Positions 1 to 10,379 of a stretch of DNA of 58,965 nucleotides are shown here, piece after piece. The translations under genes and the position numbers were made by a program. Each line of letters begins with the position of its first letter. Position 1 is the stretch's first letter. The stretch lies in contig NZCN01000009.1 of the NCBI GenBank assembly GCA_002688315.1, forward strand, positions 1 to 58,965. Reading direction: 5' to 3'. The stretch comes from Candidatus Woesearchaeota archaeon. GTDB lineage: Archaea > Nanobdellota > Nanobdellia > Woesearchaeales > UBA10216. The notes beneath the pieces were generated by a model that was given only the letters and a program-made list of their open reading frames with translations, had not been told where the DNA came from and did no database searches.

Positions 1-168
1 ATATAAAAAATTTAGCAGAATTGTTATAAATCTTAAACCTTAATCCAGGAACTTACTCGTTCCTAAAATCAAAACTCCCGTTAACTTAACAATGCAGGGT
101 AAATATACCATATAAAAAGCATATAGCATTATTTAAATAACAGTTACATAAACTGATTTAATTATTGA

Positions 169-531
169 TTGATAAAAATGTATCAACGAAACAACGCTTT
201 TTATTTTGACGTTCTTACAATTACTTACTCTGAAATTTATGAAATTGCACTTAGAGAGATGAATAGGGACTTGCATAGGTTAAGTGTGCCACGTAGAAGA
301 ATACTTGCACACCATCGCGTTTATGAAATACTAGAAGACTGGGAAGAAGACGTTTTTGAACGTGTTGACGAACTAGTTGGAGAAAATCTTGAGGTATTGT
401 GCGAACTTGAGGAAATAATTGATGCACTCAAAGATTTAAAAGAAGAATACTATGGGCACATTAACGATCCTAGCTTGTACATGCGATTAAAAATACGGGA
501 AGTCACAGCTTCTGAACAACAGACTTCCTGA
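169..531 (+). CDS. hypothetical protein (acidic, ORFan-like)
   Basis: 120-aa ORF with no recognised motif; its 3' end overlaps a convergent small Zn-ribbon gene. Confidence 0.5.
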   Translation: MIKMYQRNNAFYFDVLTITYSEIYEIALREMNRDLHRLSVPRRRILAHHRVYEILEDWEEDVFERVDELVGENLEVLCELEEIIDALKDLKEEYYGHINDPSLYMRLKIREVTASEQQTS

Positions 532-643
532 CATCCATGCTGAAGTTGCAGTAAACGCAGCTTTTTCGCTTTCCTATAACGCTTTCTTTAGTCTGGTATT
601 TCATCTGATTACGGCAACGAGGACACTTAAGCAGGAACATCAT
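503..643 (-). CDS. small zinc-ribbon protein (46 aa), not in ORF track
   Basis: Manual translation MMFLLKCPRCRNQMKYQTKESVIGKRKSCVYCNFSMDVRKSVVQKL*, with two CxxC pairs. Confidence 0.75.
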   Translation of the reverse strand: MMFLLKCPRCRNQMKYQTKESVIGKRKSCVYCNFSMDVRKSVVQKL

Positions 644-711
644 AACAAACCATCTGTTGCAACTGTTTTTATTTTTAACTGAAACAGTTATCCTTTTATA
701 TTAGGTTAGAT

Positions 712-1059
712 TTGCGGATTAGAATGCCTTCAAAACTTAGTGATAAAGAAATATCTGAAATTGAAGAAGCTTGTAGAGAACTTGATGGAGACATAGCAGA
801 AGTTTCCAGAAGATTAGCTCGGTCGTATAATACTATAGACCTTTATTGCCCGCCAGATATAGAAAGAAATGGAAATCGTGGAGGGCGCAGAAAGCCTCTT
901 TCTGAAGGACAGAAAGATGAAATATGGGAGGTTTTTGAACGAACCGGAAGTATAACTGAAACAGCAAGAGAACTAAATCACCCGTATTCTACTGTTGGGA
1001 ACATAGTTGATTCACCAGAAATTTACGAGAATTCGGAAGGACTGGAAGGAACATTATAA
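712..1059 (+). CDS. tandem helix-turn-helix DNA-binding protein
   Basis: Two repeats of LS...EI.E......I.E.AR.L...Y.T(I/V), each HTH-like. Confidence 0.65.
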   Translation: MRIRMPSKLSDKEISEIEEACRELDGDIAEVSRRLARSYNTIDLYCPPDIERNGNRGGRRKPLSEGQKDEIWEVFERTGSITETARELNHPYSTVGNIVDSPEIYENSEGLEGTL

Positions 1060-1635
1060 ATTTTTATCAGAATTAATTTCTTCATTAGAAGTTGTTTCCT
1101 CAGTTGAAGGTTTATCTTCAGAAGGTTTTTGCTCCTCTGGCTTAGGCTCTTCAATCTTAAACTTTTCCTTGACTTCATCAGCGTTTTTCAGGTCAAAATA
1201 ATTAAAGAAGCGCTCTGTGAGTTTAAGCAATTTAGTTCTTCCATGCTTTTCTCTGCTGATAAAGCCTGTAGATTCGAGCTCAGAAAGATGGTCGTAAGCC
1301 TTGTTTGTCCTTACTTTGATGATATCTGACTGCAGAACAGGCGCTTTCCAGGCAATTACTGCAAGAGTCTCCATCATTGTTCTTGTAAGCTCTGTTTCAG
1401 CAACAATTTTTCTTACTACGTTAGTGTATTGCTCGCGAACTGTTAGTTTCCAACCGTCGCCTTCATCCATCAGCAACAGCGAGGAGTCTTTATTGTCATA
1501 ATCATTTTTTAACTGCTTAAGCTGTTCAGCAACAGTTTCAGGAGAAGTACGGCATATCTTTGAAACCTCTTCAACAGTCATCTTCTTTCCTGAAGAAAAC
1601 AACACAGCTTCAACCTTGTTTTTGATATCTTCCAT
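1054..1635 (-). CDS. scpB: SMC-Scp complex subunit ScpB
   Basis: VEAVLFSSG, METLAVIAWKAPV.QS.IIKVR and T.RFFNYFDL motifs. Confidence 0.93.
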   Translation of the reverse strand: MEDIKNKVEAVLFSSGKKMTVEEVSKICRTSPETVAEQLKQLKNDYDNKDSSLLLMDEGDGWKLTVREQYTNVVRKIVAETELTRTMMETLAVIAWKAPVLQSDIIKVRTNKAYDHLSELESTGFISREKHGRTKLLKLTERFFNYFDLKNADEVKEKFKIEEPKPEEQKPSEDKPSTEETTSNEEINSDKNL

Positions 1636-1662
1636 TTTTTATTGTATTTGCAAAGGTAGTAA

Positions 1663-2250
1663 TTATATCTTTTCCCAAAAATTGCCGTTCTTCTTAATAA
1701 GCTTTTCCTGAGTAAAGGCCTGCATGAATGATTCAATCTGCTTTTCATTTATTCCAATTATTTTTGATACTTCAGATGTTGTTTTCCTGCTTTCCAGTAT
1801 TAGCAGCAAAAAGTTCTTCAGAAGATTTGCAGAGTTCTTCTCAAGAATCTTGTTTTTGGCATTAACATCCTTCAGCTTAAAATCAATGTTATGCAAGGAA
1901 GTAAGCATGTCATTAACAAAATTTGAAACATCTGTTGAAGGAATTTTGAAATCTTTAGGTTCACTAACCTCAATAGAAGAAGGCAGATAGTCAAAGCATA
2001 TTCTTGTAAGAACTGTGAAATCTTTAAATAAAATATCAAGCTCTGCAAACGTTGAAAAAAGCTTATCTTTTTCTTTTGGAGGGTTAACCTCACCTGATAC
2101 TACATCAACTTCTTCTTCATCCTTTAATCGCTTAAGAACCAAACGAAGAGTCTCCTCAACATGCTCTTTCGGAGTGCCAAGTATCTCCAGAATCATCTTA
2201 CAGCGCAAATTTCCTTTCTGCACCTTTTCTTCTATCTCCTGCTGCTCCAT
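1663..2250 (-). CDS. conserved archaeal hypothetical protein, possible C-terminal winged helix
   Basis: 195 aa; EILG.PKEHVE and FDYLPSSIEV motifs; co-oriented with scpB. Confidence 0.7.
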   Translation of the reverse strand: MEQQEIEEKVQKGNLRCKMILEILGTPKEHVEETLRLVLKRLKDEEEVDVVSGEVNPPKEKDKLFSTFAELDILFKDFTVLTRICFDYLPSSIEVSEPKDFKIPSTDVSNFVNDMLTSLHNIDFKLKDVNAKNKILEKNSANLLKNFLLLILESRKTTSEVSKIIGINEKQIESFMQAFTQEKLIKKNGNFWEKI

Positions 2251-2489
2251 AGACAGAAAGCATTGATAACGTGTTTTTATAGTTTGCTAAAATACCAAAC
2301 TTGTAGAAAAGAGGTATGCAATGTGTGCTTAAGTTATATTTAAAGTTGATGGATTATAAAAAGTTTTCTTTAGTTAAATTTATATATTAGGATCTTTAAT
2401 ATATTTTTTTTAATGTACATTGAATTTTCTTCAGTAAGTGTAAAAATAGCATGTTTTACTTCTGTGAATAAATTTCTCGAGAGGTATAG

Positions 2490-3101
2490 ATGTTATTAGC
2501 TGAAATTCGTAACATGTATCATAACACTGATAAGGGTCTTAGTCAATGGACTATGGCTTTGACAGTTTCTAAAGAAATTAACTTTGAACAAAGAGTTAAT
2601 AGAGAAAGAAGAAGAGGAACTCACGACTATATTTTGGGGAAAAGACTTGAAATAATTGGATATCGAGAATTAGAATCGGATTGGACAATTGAGGGATTTT
2701 TGAGGCAAGTAACTGAAAAGTTTGGGTTGCCAACAGCAGAGGATCACGATCAACCTTATCGATTTTTTGATTTCATAGATTATGGAGTAATAAGAATTAC
2801 ACCAGAAACAGCGCATCTAGTAGATCCAATCATGGAAAAGTTTGGTTTTACTCCTGGTTTAACTGTCTCAGAAATGTACAGAACACCAAGAGATGTGGAA
2901 GCTGCAGTAAACATTATGAGTGATCTGGCTAATTTAGGACAGTTATTGTACACTGAAAGTGTTTTACAAGGACATGATTTAGCAAGAACAGAACCTCTTG
3001 AAAGAAGTACAGAGATTCATCTGCCTGCAGTAAATGGAACAAAACCATCCGTGAATGGACGTGCTTACACGCCAATAGAAAAAGTTGAGCAAGTAATTTA
3101 A
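2490..3101 (+). CDS. hypothetical protein
   Basis: 203-aa ORF with GAGGT SD upstream; no motif recognised. Confidence 0.6.
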   Translation: MLLAEIRNMYHNTDKGLSQWTMALTVSKEINFEQRVNRERRRGTHDYILGKRLEIIGYRELESDWTIEGFLRQVTEKFGLPTAEDHDQPYRFFDFIDYGVIRITPETAHLVDPIMEKFGFTPGLTVSEMYRTPRDVEAAVNIMSDLANLGQLLYTESVLQGHDLARTEPLERSTEIHLPAVNGTKPSVNGRAYTPIEKVEQVI

Positions 3102-3124
3102 AGGGCTACTTCTTGCAGTTTAAT

Positions 3125-3628
3125 ATGGTTGAAAAATTTATTGATATTGTAGACGAAGAAGATAATGTAACAGGCAAAGCAACCTATGAAGAAATAATGG
3201 ATAAAGGATTGATTTTCAGAGCAGCAAATGTTTTTGTTTTTAATTCTAAAGGAGAGCTGTTTGTGCATAAAAGAAGCAGAAATCTTTCTACGTTCCCTGG
3301 CATGTACGATGTCAAAATGGGCGGTATTGTTGACTCAGGCGAATCTTATGATGAAGCTGCAGTCAGAGAGCTAAAAGAAGAAAGCAGAATTGAAAATATT
3401 GAGCTGGAATTTTTGTTTACATTCAAGTTCAGAAGCAGCAAGTACAAAAACAACAGGAAAGTTTACAAATGCGTTTATGACGGAGATATAACGCTTCAGG
3501 AAGAAGAAATCGAAGAAGGAAGGTTCATGACAATAGAAGAAACAAAGAAACTAATTGAAGAAGGAAAAGTATCTGAATCTGCTGTTGAAGTTTTTAAAGA
3601 ATACCTGAGAAAACGAAAAACGTTATAA
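3125..3628 (+). CDS. NUDIX hydrolase (YfcD/IDI-like)
   Basis: GGIVDSGESYDEAAVRELKEE Nudix box; start taken at ATG 3125. Confidence 0.88.
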   Translation: MVEKFIDIVDEEDNVTGKATYEEIMDKGLIFRAANVFVFNSKGELFVHKRSRNLSTFPGMYDVKMGGIVDSGESYDEAAVRELKEESRIENIELEFLFTFKFRSSKYKNNRKVYKCVYDGDITLQEEEIEEGRFMTIEETKKLIEEGKVSESAVEVFKEYLRKRKTL

Positions 3629-3655
3629 ATAATCAGCAAAACCACCTTCTATAGC

Positions 3656-4570
3656 GTGGTTAATGTTGAAACAGAATTGTGTGGAATAAAGCTGAGGAAT
3701 CCTACTATACTAGCTTCTGGAATTGTCGGAGTTTCAGGCGCAGCCTGTATGTATGCTGCAAAGAATGGAGCAGGAGCAATTGTTCCTAAATCTATTGGGC
3801 CTGTTGAAAGAGAAGGCCATAATAACCCTGTTCTGACTGAATTTGAAGGTGGTTTCTTAAACGCTGTTGGCTTGCCAAATTCAGGCGTTGACAGCAGCTT
3901 AGAAGAAATTGAATCTGCAATGAAAAACAGCGGAGTTCCTGTGTTTCCAAGTATTTTTGGAGGAACAAAAGAAGAATATGGAGAAGTTGCCAAGAAAATT
4001 TCTGTTCTTAACCCGCAGATGATAGAAGTTAACCTTTCATGCCCCAACACAGCAAATGATTTTGGAACTCCGTTTGCATTGGATGCAAATGAAGCTTCTG
4101 AAGTTATAAAGATAGTAAAAGAAAATACAACAGCTAAAATTTCTGCAAAACTCGGTCCTAATGTGCCTGACATAAAAGCTATTGCAAAAGCAGTTGTTGA
4201 AGCTGGAGCAGATGCTATCTCTGCAATCAACACAATGCCTGGAATGGTGATTGATGTTAAAACAGCCAAGCCTGTTCTTCACAACAAGCAAGGCGGAATC
4301 AGCGGCCATGCGCTAAAGCCAATTGCAGTTAACTGTGTTTACGAAATTTACAAAGCAGTTAATGTTCCAATAATAGGAATAGGCGGTGTTTCAACAGGCG
4401 AGGATGCTGCTGAAATGATAATGGCAGGAGCAACAGCTGTTGGAATTGGAACAGGAATTTACTACAGAGGCATTGATGTTTTCAGCAAAGTCAGTTATGA
4501 ACTGCAAAAATTGATGGATGAATTAGGCTATGATTCAATCGAGAAAATGAAAGGAGCAGCTCACAAATAA
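3656..4570 (+). CDS. pyrD: dihydroorotate dehydrogenase family 1B, catalytic subunit
   Basis: NPTILASG, NAVGLPN, EVNLSCPN, GGISG and IIGIGG motifs; GTG start. Confidence 0.95.
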   Translation: MVNVETELCGIKLRNPTILASGIVGVSGAACMYAAKNGAGAIVPKSIGPVEREGHNNPVLTEFEGGFLNAVGLPNSGVDSSLEEIESAMKNSGVPVFPSIFGGTKEEYGEVAKKISVLNPQMIEVNLSCPNTANDFGTPFALDANEASEVIKIVKENTTAKISAKLGPNVPDIKAIAKAVVEAGADAISAINTMPGMVIDVKTAKPVLHNKQGGISGHALKPIAVNCVYEIYKAVNVPIIGIGGVSTGEDAAEMIMAGATAVGIGTGIYYRGIDVFSKVSYELQKLMDELGYDSIEKMKGAAHK

Positions 4571-4571
4571 A

Positions 4572-5378
4572 ATGGAAAAACCGGTTATTGTGGAAATAGA
4601 AAAAACGATTGATGAAACAGATGGAATAAAAACAATTTTCATCAAGCATTCAATAGAAGCAAAGCCAGGACAGTTTGTAATGGTATGGATACCTGGACTG
4701 GATGAAAAACCATTTGCTATCAGCTATTTGGAAAAAGAAAAGTTTGGAATTACTGTTGCAGCAGTAGGAGAGTTTTCTGATAATTTATCTAAAATGAAAG
4801 AAGGAGATAAAGTAGGATTAAGAGGACCATATGGAACCAATTATTGCCTTGAAGGAAACAATATTGTAATGGTAGGCGGAGGATACGGAGCTGCATCACT
4901 TGTACTGCTTGCTGAACAAGCGCTTGATAAAAACATGAATATTAAGTTTATCCTTGGAGCCCGTGATAAGAATAAGCTTTTGTATATTGAACGCATTAAA
5001 AAACTGGTTGGAGAAGAAAACCTGATTATAACCACTGATGATGGAAGCATGGGAGCAAAAGGCTTTGTAACAGATGCGCTGAAAGAACTGCTAAGCAAAG
5101 AAAAAGTTGACAAAGTATTTTCATGCGGCCCTGATAAGATGATGAAATCAGTTACTGAACTTTGCACTGAAAACAATGTCAAAGGAGAGATAAGCATGGA
5201 ACGATGGATGAAATGCGGATTTGGGCTTTGCGGCCATTGTTGTGTAGACCCGATAGGAATAAGAGTCTGCAAAGAAGGTCCTGTTATTGATTTTGAGCTG
5301 GCTAATAAAATTACAGAGCTTGGAAGCTATCATCGCGTAAAAAGCAGCAGAAAAGAAAGTTTGGAGGTAAAAAAATGA
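4572..5378 (+). CDS. pyrK: dihydroorotate dehydrogenase electron-transfer subunit
   Basis: PGQFVMVW, RGPYG, GGGYG, CGP and the MKCGFGLCGHC...C 2Fe-2S motif. Confidence 0.93.
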   Translation: MEKPVIVEIEKTIDETDGIKTIFIKHSIEAKPGQFVMVWIPGLDEKPFAISYLEKEKFGITVAAVGEFSDNLSKMKEGDKVGLRGPYGTNYCLEGNNIVMVGGGYGAASLVLLAEQALDKNMNIKFILGARDKNKLLYIERIKKLVGEENLIITTDDGSMGAKGFVTDALKELLSKEKVDKVFSCGPDKMMKSVTELCTENNVKGEISMERWMKCGFGLCGHCCVDPIGIRVCKEGPVIDFELANKITELGSYHRVKSSRKESLEVKK

Positions 5379-6298
5379 ATTTTGAAGGACAACATTTACT
5401 AGCAATTGGAGACTTAACAAAAGAAGACTTACTGAAGGTAATAGAAGTTGCAGGAGAGATTGACAAAGACATGGAGAAATACAAAAGTTTGTTAAATGGA
5501 AAAATAGTTTCCACGCTTTTCTTTGAACCTTCCACAAGAACAAGAATGTCATTCCAAGCTTCAATGGAACGCATGGGCGGTTCTATTATAGGATTCTCAG
5601 ATGTGTCAACCAGTTCCTTGCAAAAAGGAGAAAGTTTGCCAGACACAATAAAAATAATCAGCGGTTACTGCGATGTTATTGTTATGAGGCATCCAGAAGC
5701 AGGAAGTGTAGCTAAAGCAGCTGAAGACTCAAGTGTTCCAGTAATTAATGCAGGAGACGGACCAAACGAGCATCCAACACAGACAATTCTTGACTTGTAC
5801 ACTATAATGAAAGAAAAAGGTACGCTTGAAGGGCTAAAAGTGGGATTTGTTGGAGATTTAAGGTTTGGAAGGACAGTTCATTCTCTTGCAATGGCTTTAA
5901 CGCATTTTAATCCAGAATTCTATTTCATATCACCACCTTCGCTTGCTATGCCTGAAAAGTATTTGCAGGAACTAATCAAAAAAGGAATAAAATACCGCCA
6001 GGAAGAAGACCTGTTGAAAGTAAGCAAAGAGCTTGATGTTCTTTACGTAACAAGAATACAAAAAGAAAGGTTTGTAAGCCCAGAAGAATATGCAAAAGTG
6101 AAAGGGATTTACAAGCTAGACAAATCACTTGCTCAGCACATTAAGGAAGACGCGAAGATACTGCATCCACTGCCAAGAGTGGATGAAATGAATCCTGAAC
6201 TTGATGAACTACCGCAGAGCATTTACTTTCAACAAGCACATAACGGCATACCAGTAAGAATGGCATTGCTTGGCTTGGTACTTGGAAAACTGAAATGA
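5375..6298 (+). CDS. pyrB: aspartate carbamoyltransferase catalytic subunit
   Basis: FFEPSTRT, HPTQ and HPLPR motifs. Confidence 0.96.
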   Translation: MNFEGQHLLAIGDLTKEDLLKVIEVAGEIDKDMEKYKSLLNGKIVSTLFFEPSTRTRMSFQASMERMGGSIIGFSDVSTSSLQKGESLPDTIKIISGYCDVIVMRHPEAGSVAKAAEDSSVPVINAGDGPNEHPTQTILDLYTIMKEKGTLEGLKVGFVGDLRFGRTVHSLAMALTHFNPEFYFISPPSLAMPEKYLQELIKKGIKYRQEEDLLKVSKELDVLYVTRIQKERFVSPEEYAKVKGIYKLDKSLAQHIKEDAKILHPLPRVDEMNPELDELPQSIYFQQAHNGIPVRMALLGLVLGKLK

Positions 6299-7590
6299 CG
6301 CTTTCTATATTAAAGGGAAAAGTACTTGTTAAGGGAAAATTGGAAAATAGGAACATTCTAATTGAAGACGGAAAAATAATTGAAGTTACTGAAGATACTG
6401 TTAGCAGTAATGATAAAATAAACGCAGAAGGCAAGATTATTCTGCCGGGGTTGATTGACTGCCATGTTCATTTAAGAGAGCCAGGACTAACTCAGAAAGA
6501 AGATTTCAAAACAGGAAGCATGGCGGCAGCAGCTGGCGGCGTAACAAGTGTTTTTGAAATGCCAAACACTAATCCAGCCACTACAACATTACAACTTCTG
6601 CAAGAAAAAAAAGAATTAGCGAAAAAGTCAATTGTTAACTACGGACTTTATATGGGCGCTACTACAGATAACATTGAAGAAATTAAAAAAGCAGAAAACA
6701 TAGCAGGTGTAAAGCTTTACATGGGCTCTTCTACAGGAAATTTGTTAGTAACTGACAAAGAAGCTATAAAAAATGTTTTTGACAGCGGCAAAACAGTTGT
6801 TGTGCATGCAGAAGATGAAGAATTAATGAATAAAAATGCAGAACACTATAAAGATGAGAAAGATCCAGTCATTCACGCAAAGATAAGAAGCAATGAAGTT
6901 GAAGCAACTGCTATAAAAAGCGCTGTTCTAATGGTTGGAAACAACAAAGTACATTTTACGCACACAAGCACCAAAGAAAGCATGGAAATAATAAAAGAAG
7001 CAAAGAAAAATAACAGCAATATCAGCTGTGATGTTACACCTCATCACTTATTCTTAACTTATGAAGAGCTTAAGACGCAAAGAAACTTTGCAAAGATGAA
7101 TCCTGCGCTTAGAAACAAAGAAGATGTTGAAGCATTGTGGAAAGCAATTGATGAGGGAATCGTGGACTGCATTGCAACAGACCATGCAGGGCATACAAAA
7201 GACGAGAAAGAAGCTGACTACTGGGAAGCTCCTTCAGGAGTTCCAGGATTAGAAACAATGCTGCCGCTTTTACTTGATGCTGTTAACAAAGGAAGAATAA
7301 CATTAGAAAAAGTAACAGAGTTAACATCAATTAACCCTGCAAAAATATTTGGAGTAAAAAATAAAGGTAAAATAGAAAAAGGCTATGATGCTGACCTTGT
7401 AATTGTTGATATGAACATGGAGAAAGAAATTAAAAACGAAGAATTGTTTACTAAATGCGGATGGAGTCCATTTAATGGATGGAAATTAAAAGGATGGCCA
7501 GTTACTACAATTGTAAATGGCAATATTGTTTTTGATGATGGGGAAATAAGTGAAGCTAATGGAAAGGAGGTTGAGTTTAAATGCCAATAA
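6295..7590 (+). CDS. pyrC: dihydroorotase
   Basis: PGLIDCHVHLREPG, EMPNTNP, KMNPALR and ATDHA motifs. Confidence 0.93.
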   Translation: MTLSILKGKVLVKGKLENRNILIEDGKIIEVTEDTVSSNDKINAEGKIILPGLIDCHVHLREPGLTQKEDFKTGSMAAAAGGVTSVFEMPNTNPATTTLQLLQEKKELAKKSIVNYGLYMGATTDNIEEIKKAENIAGVKLYMGSSTGNLLVTDKEAIKNVFDSGKTVVVHAEDEELMNKNAEHYKDEKDPVIHAKIRSNEVEATAIKSAVLMVGNNKVHFTHTSTKESMEIIKEAKKNNSNISCDVTPHHLFLTYEELKTQRNFAKMNPALRNKEDVEALWKAIDEGIVDCIATDHAGHTKDEKEADYWEAPSGVPGLETMLPLLLDAVNKGRITLEKVTELTSINPAKIFGVKNKGKIEKGYDADLVIVDMNMEKEIKNEELFTKCGWSPFNGWKLKGWPVTTIVNGNIVFDDGEISEANGKEVEFKCQ

Positions 7591-8210
7591 AAGAAGTTGC
7601 AGAAATGCTTTTGAAATCAGAAGCAATAATATTACGACCGCAGGAGCCGTTTAAGTTTGCGTCCGGCATATTAAGCCCGATATATTGCGATAATAGATTA
7701 TTGCTTTCTAAAGTTGAGGAAAGAACAGACATTATTGGGTATTACATTATGAAAATAAAAGATGAAGAGATGGAGTTTGATGTAGTTGCAGGCGTAGCAA
7801 CTGCCAGCATTCCGTGGGCTGCTTTGATTGCTGAAAAGCTTGGAAAGCCAATGATATACATCAGAAAAGCAACAAAAAATCATGGTCGCGAGAATCTTAT
7901 CGAAGGAAAATTGGAAAAAGGCCAAAAAGTTCTAGTGGTTGAGGATTTGGTAAGCACAGGAGGCAGCTCTCTGAACGCTATTGAGGCAGCAAGAAACGAA
8001 GGAGGCGTAGTTGACAAATGCTTAGCAATATTTACCTATGAAATGGAAAAAGCAAAGAAAAGCTTTGAAGAAGCACAATGCGAATTGGTAACGCTAAGCG
8101 ATTTCACCACATTGATAGAAATTGCTGCAAAAAAAGGATACATTAAAGAAGAAGAAATAAAACTATTGCAGGAATGGAACAAGAACCCTGAAGAATGGGG
8201 CAAGAGGTGA
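7581..8210 (+). CDS. pyrE: orotate phosphoribosyltransferase
   Basis: FASGILSPIYCDNR motif and VVEDLVSTGGS PRPP loop. Confidence 0.95.
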   Translation: MPIKEVAEMLLKSEAIILRPQEPFKFASGILSPIYCDNRLLLSKVEERTDIIGYYIMKIKDEEMEFDVVAGVATASIPWAALIAEKLGKPMIYIRKATKNHGRENLIEGKLEKGQKVLVVEDLVSTGGSSLNAIEAARNEGGVVDKCLAIFTYEMEKAKKSFEEAQCELVTLSDFTTLIEIAAKKGYIKEEEIKLLQEWNKNPEEWGKR

Positions 8211-8215
8211 ATTGA

Positions 8216-8824
8216 ATGAAACTAAAAATAGGTGTCATGGGCTCAGGGGTAGATAAAAAAGGAGCTTACATATCAAAAAGAGCAAGGGAGCTTGCTTATG
8301 AGCTAGGAAAAGAGATTGCAAAGCACAACTGCATACTTGTAAATGGGGCATGCCGTGGCATTCCGTATATAGCAAGTAAAGGAGCAAAAGATGCAGATGG
8401 TATGGTCATTGGAGTCAGCCCTGCACAGAACTATCACGAGCACATACACACCTACAAGTTTCCAACAGACGTGTACGATATACTTTTCTACACTGGCTTT
8501 GGCTTTAAGGGGAGGAATGTTGTCAATGTCAGCAACTGCGATGCAATAATAGTTGTTTCAGGACATGTGGGAACACTTAACGAGTTTACAATAGCATATG
8601 ACGACGGAATGATAATAGGAGTAATGCAGGGTTCGGGCGGTATTGCAGACTTTGTCGATGACATAATAAAGATAGCAAGCAAAAAAACAGGGGCGACATT
8701 GATTTACGACAAAGAGGAGCATGACCTGGTAAGAAAAATCATACACGCTGTAAGGAAAAAAGAGGTTAAAGACAAAAGAAGCATAAGAAGAGAACACGAG
8801 CACAAGTGCTATAAATGCAAATGA
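8216..8824 (+). CDS. LOG/SLOG-family (TIGR00725-like) nucleotide-binding protein
   Basis: IGVMGS, GRNVVNV..CDA and GTLNEF motifs. Confidence 0.85.
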   Translation: MKLKIGVMGSGVDKKGAYISKRARELAYELGKEIAKHNCILVNGACRGIPYIASKGAKDADGMVIGVSPAQNYHEHIHTYKFPTDVYDILFYTGFGFKGRNVVNVSNCDAIIVVSGHVGTLNEFTIAYDDGMIIGVMQGSGGIADFVDDIIKIASKKTGATLIYDKEEHDLVRKIIHAVRKKEVKDKRSIRREHEHKCYKCK

Positions 8825-9612
8825 ACTTTGTGAAAAAGCTTATAAAAAGTGCAGAAGAAAAAAACAGCATTGTTTGTTTAGGCATGGACCCTGTCCTTGA
8901 GGAAATACCTATTAATGAGCAAAGCCCTAGCAAGAAAATAGTGAAGTTCTATAGCGACATAATAGAAGCTACTCACGACAGTATTGGAGCAGTAAAGCCA
9001 AACTATGCATTCTTTGCACAGTACGGATTTCCAGGATTAAGAGCTTTGAAAAAAGTAATTAGTGTTTGTAAGAATAAGAAGTTGCCAGTGATACTGGATG
9101 CGAAAAGGGGCGACATAGGAAAAAGCAGTGCAGCATACGCTAAGGAAGTATTTGAATTCTGGAAAGCAGATGCAGTTACAATTAGCCCTTTTATGGGAAA
9201 AGACAGTGTTGAACCATTTATAAAATACTGTGGAAAAGGAAAAGGTGTGTATATTCTAACAAGAACTTCCAATCCTGGAGCAGCTGATTTGCAAGACTAT
9301 CAAAAAACTGCTGCAAAAGTAAAGGAATGGCATACTGAAGGAGTGGGAGCAGTTGTTGGAGCAACTAACGTGGCTGAACTCAAAGAAATCAATGAAATTT
9401 TTGATGGCAAAATGCCACTACTTATTCCAGGAGTGGGAGCGCAAGGCGGCTCTGCAAAGGAAATTGTTGAAGCTTTGGGAGAAAACATAAAGCTCCACAG
9501 AATCAACAGCAGCAGTGGAATAAACTACGTTTACAAGAAACAAGATACTGATGATTACGCAGGAGCAGCAGCAAAAGCTGTTAAAGAACTAAATGGAGAG
9601 ATTGGTATTTAG
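8821..9612 (+). CDS. pyrF: orotidine-5'-phosphate decarboxylase
   Basis: ILDAKRGDIG, RTSNPG and LIPGVGAQGG motifs; ATGA overlap with the upstream gene. Confidence 0.94.
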   Translation: MNFVKKLIKSAEEKNSIVCLGMDPVLEEIPINEQSPSKKIVKFYSDIIEATHDSIGAVKPNYAFFAQYGFPGLRALKKVISVCKNKKLPVILDAKRGDIGKSSAAYAKEVFEFWKADAVTISPFMGKDSVEPFIKYCGKGKGVYILTRTSNPGAADLQDYQKTAAKVKEWHTEGVGAVVGATNVAELKEINEIFDGKMPLLIPGVGAQGGSAKEIVEALGENIKLHRINSSSGINYVYKKQDTDDYAGAAAKAVKELNGEIGI

Positions 9613-10310
9613 TCTTTAGCTAAAACCAAGTAATTCACTTTATGTTTTTTCTTTAACTCTCTGTAAGCAGAAGAGATTATGAACAACGCAAATATTCCGC
9701 TAATGTTTGCTTTTGCTTGGTCGCAGATGCTTGTTAGAGCTTCAAAAGTTGTGCCTGCTCGGATAACGTCGTCAACAATCAAAACATCGTCGTTTCTTTT
9801 AAGGAGAGATTTAGGAAGGTAAAATGGCGTGCTTATTGGCTTTTCTCCTGAACTTTTCGAAGCATAATGGTCAGAAAATGTAAACTCCTGGGTTAGCTTT
9901 GCATAAATAAATTTAGCACCAATAAGATTAGCTATTGCCTGCGCTATAGGAATACCGTCAGAAGCTGCAGTAAAAACCACGTTTATTTTGCTTTCAAGGC
10001 TTTTTGTAGCTCTGAAAGCTATGACATTAAGAAGAAAAGGCTGGGAAAGAATATGAGCAGTTACAAAGTACTTGCTCTTTTTGGTTTTTGAAGCTTCAAG
10101 AATTTTTGGAAGATAATTTTTTATGAAAAAATTTATGAGAGTTTCTGCTCGGTCTGTTTTCGGAAGAACATAGCCGTTAATGTAGCGATTGAGAACTCCA
10201 GCAGGCAATGACAACTCGCGAGATAGCTTGCGAAACGTCTTCTGCTGCTTCATTGACTGCAGACAGTCAATTGCCAGAAGCTTTATTTTAGTCTCTTCCA
10301 GAGTGTTCAT
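9609..10310 (-). CDS. HTH-phosphoribosyltransferase fusion, PurR-like regulator
   Basis: N-terminal HTH (TFRKLSRELSLPAGVLNRYINGYVLP) plus PRPP loop VLIVDDVIRAGTT; divergent from purA; start taken at ATG 10310. Confidence 0.82.
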   Translation of the reverse strand: MNTLEETKIKLLAIDCLQSMKQQKTFRKLSRELSLPAGVLNRYINGYVLPKTDRAETLINFFIKNYLPKILEASKTKKSKYFVTAHILSQPFLLNVIAFRATKSLESKINVVFTAASDGIPIAQAIANLIGAKFIYAKLTQEFTFSDHYASKSSGEKPISTPFYLPKSLLKRNDDVLIVDDVIRAGTTFEALTSICDQAKANISGIFALFIISSAYRELKKKHKVNYLVLAKD

Positions 10311-10313
10311 ATG

Positions 10314-10345
10314 TGTTACAAGAACATGCACAAAACCTATATAAA
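10314..10345. promoter_or_regulatory. candidate operator plus bidirectional TATA box between the regulator and purA
   Basis: TGTTACA-agaaca-TGCACA-AAACCTATATAAA; the same architecture occurs upstream of purF. Confidence 0.6.
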
Positions 10346-10379
10346 GCTTTGTTGATTTGAACTTCTGGAGAGTGAGAAC

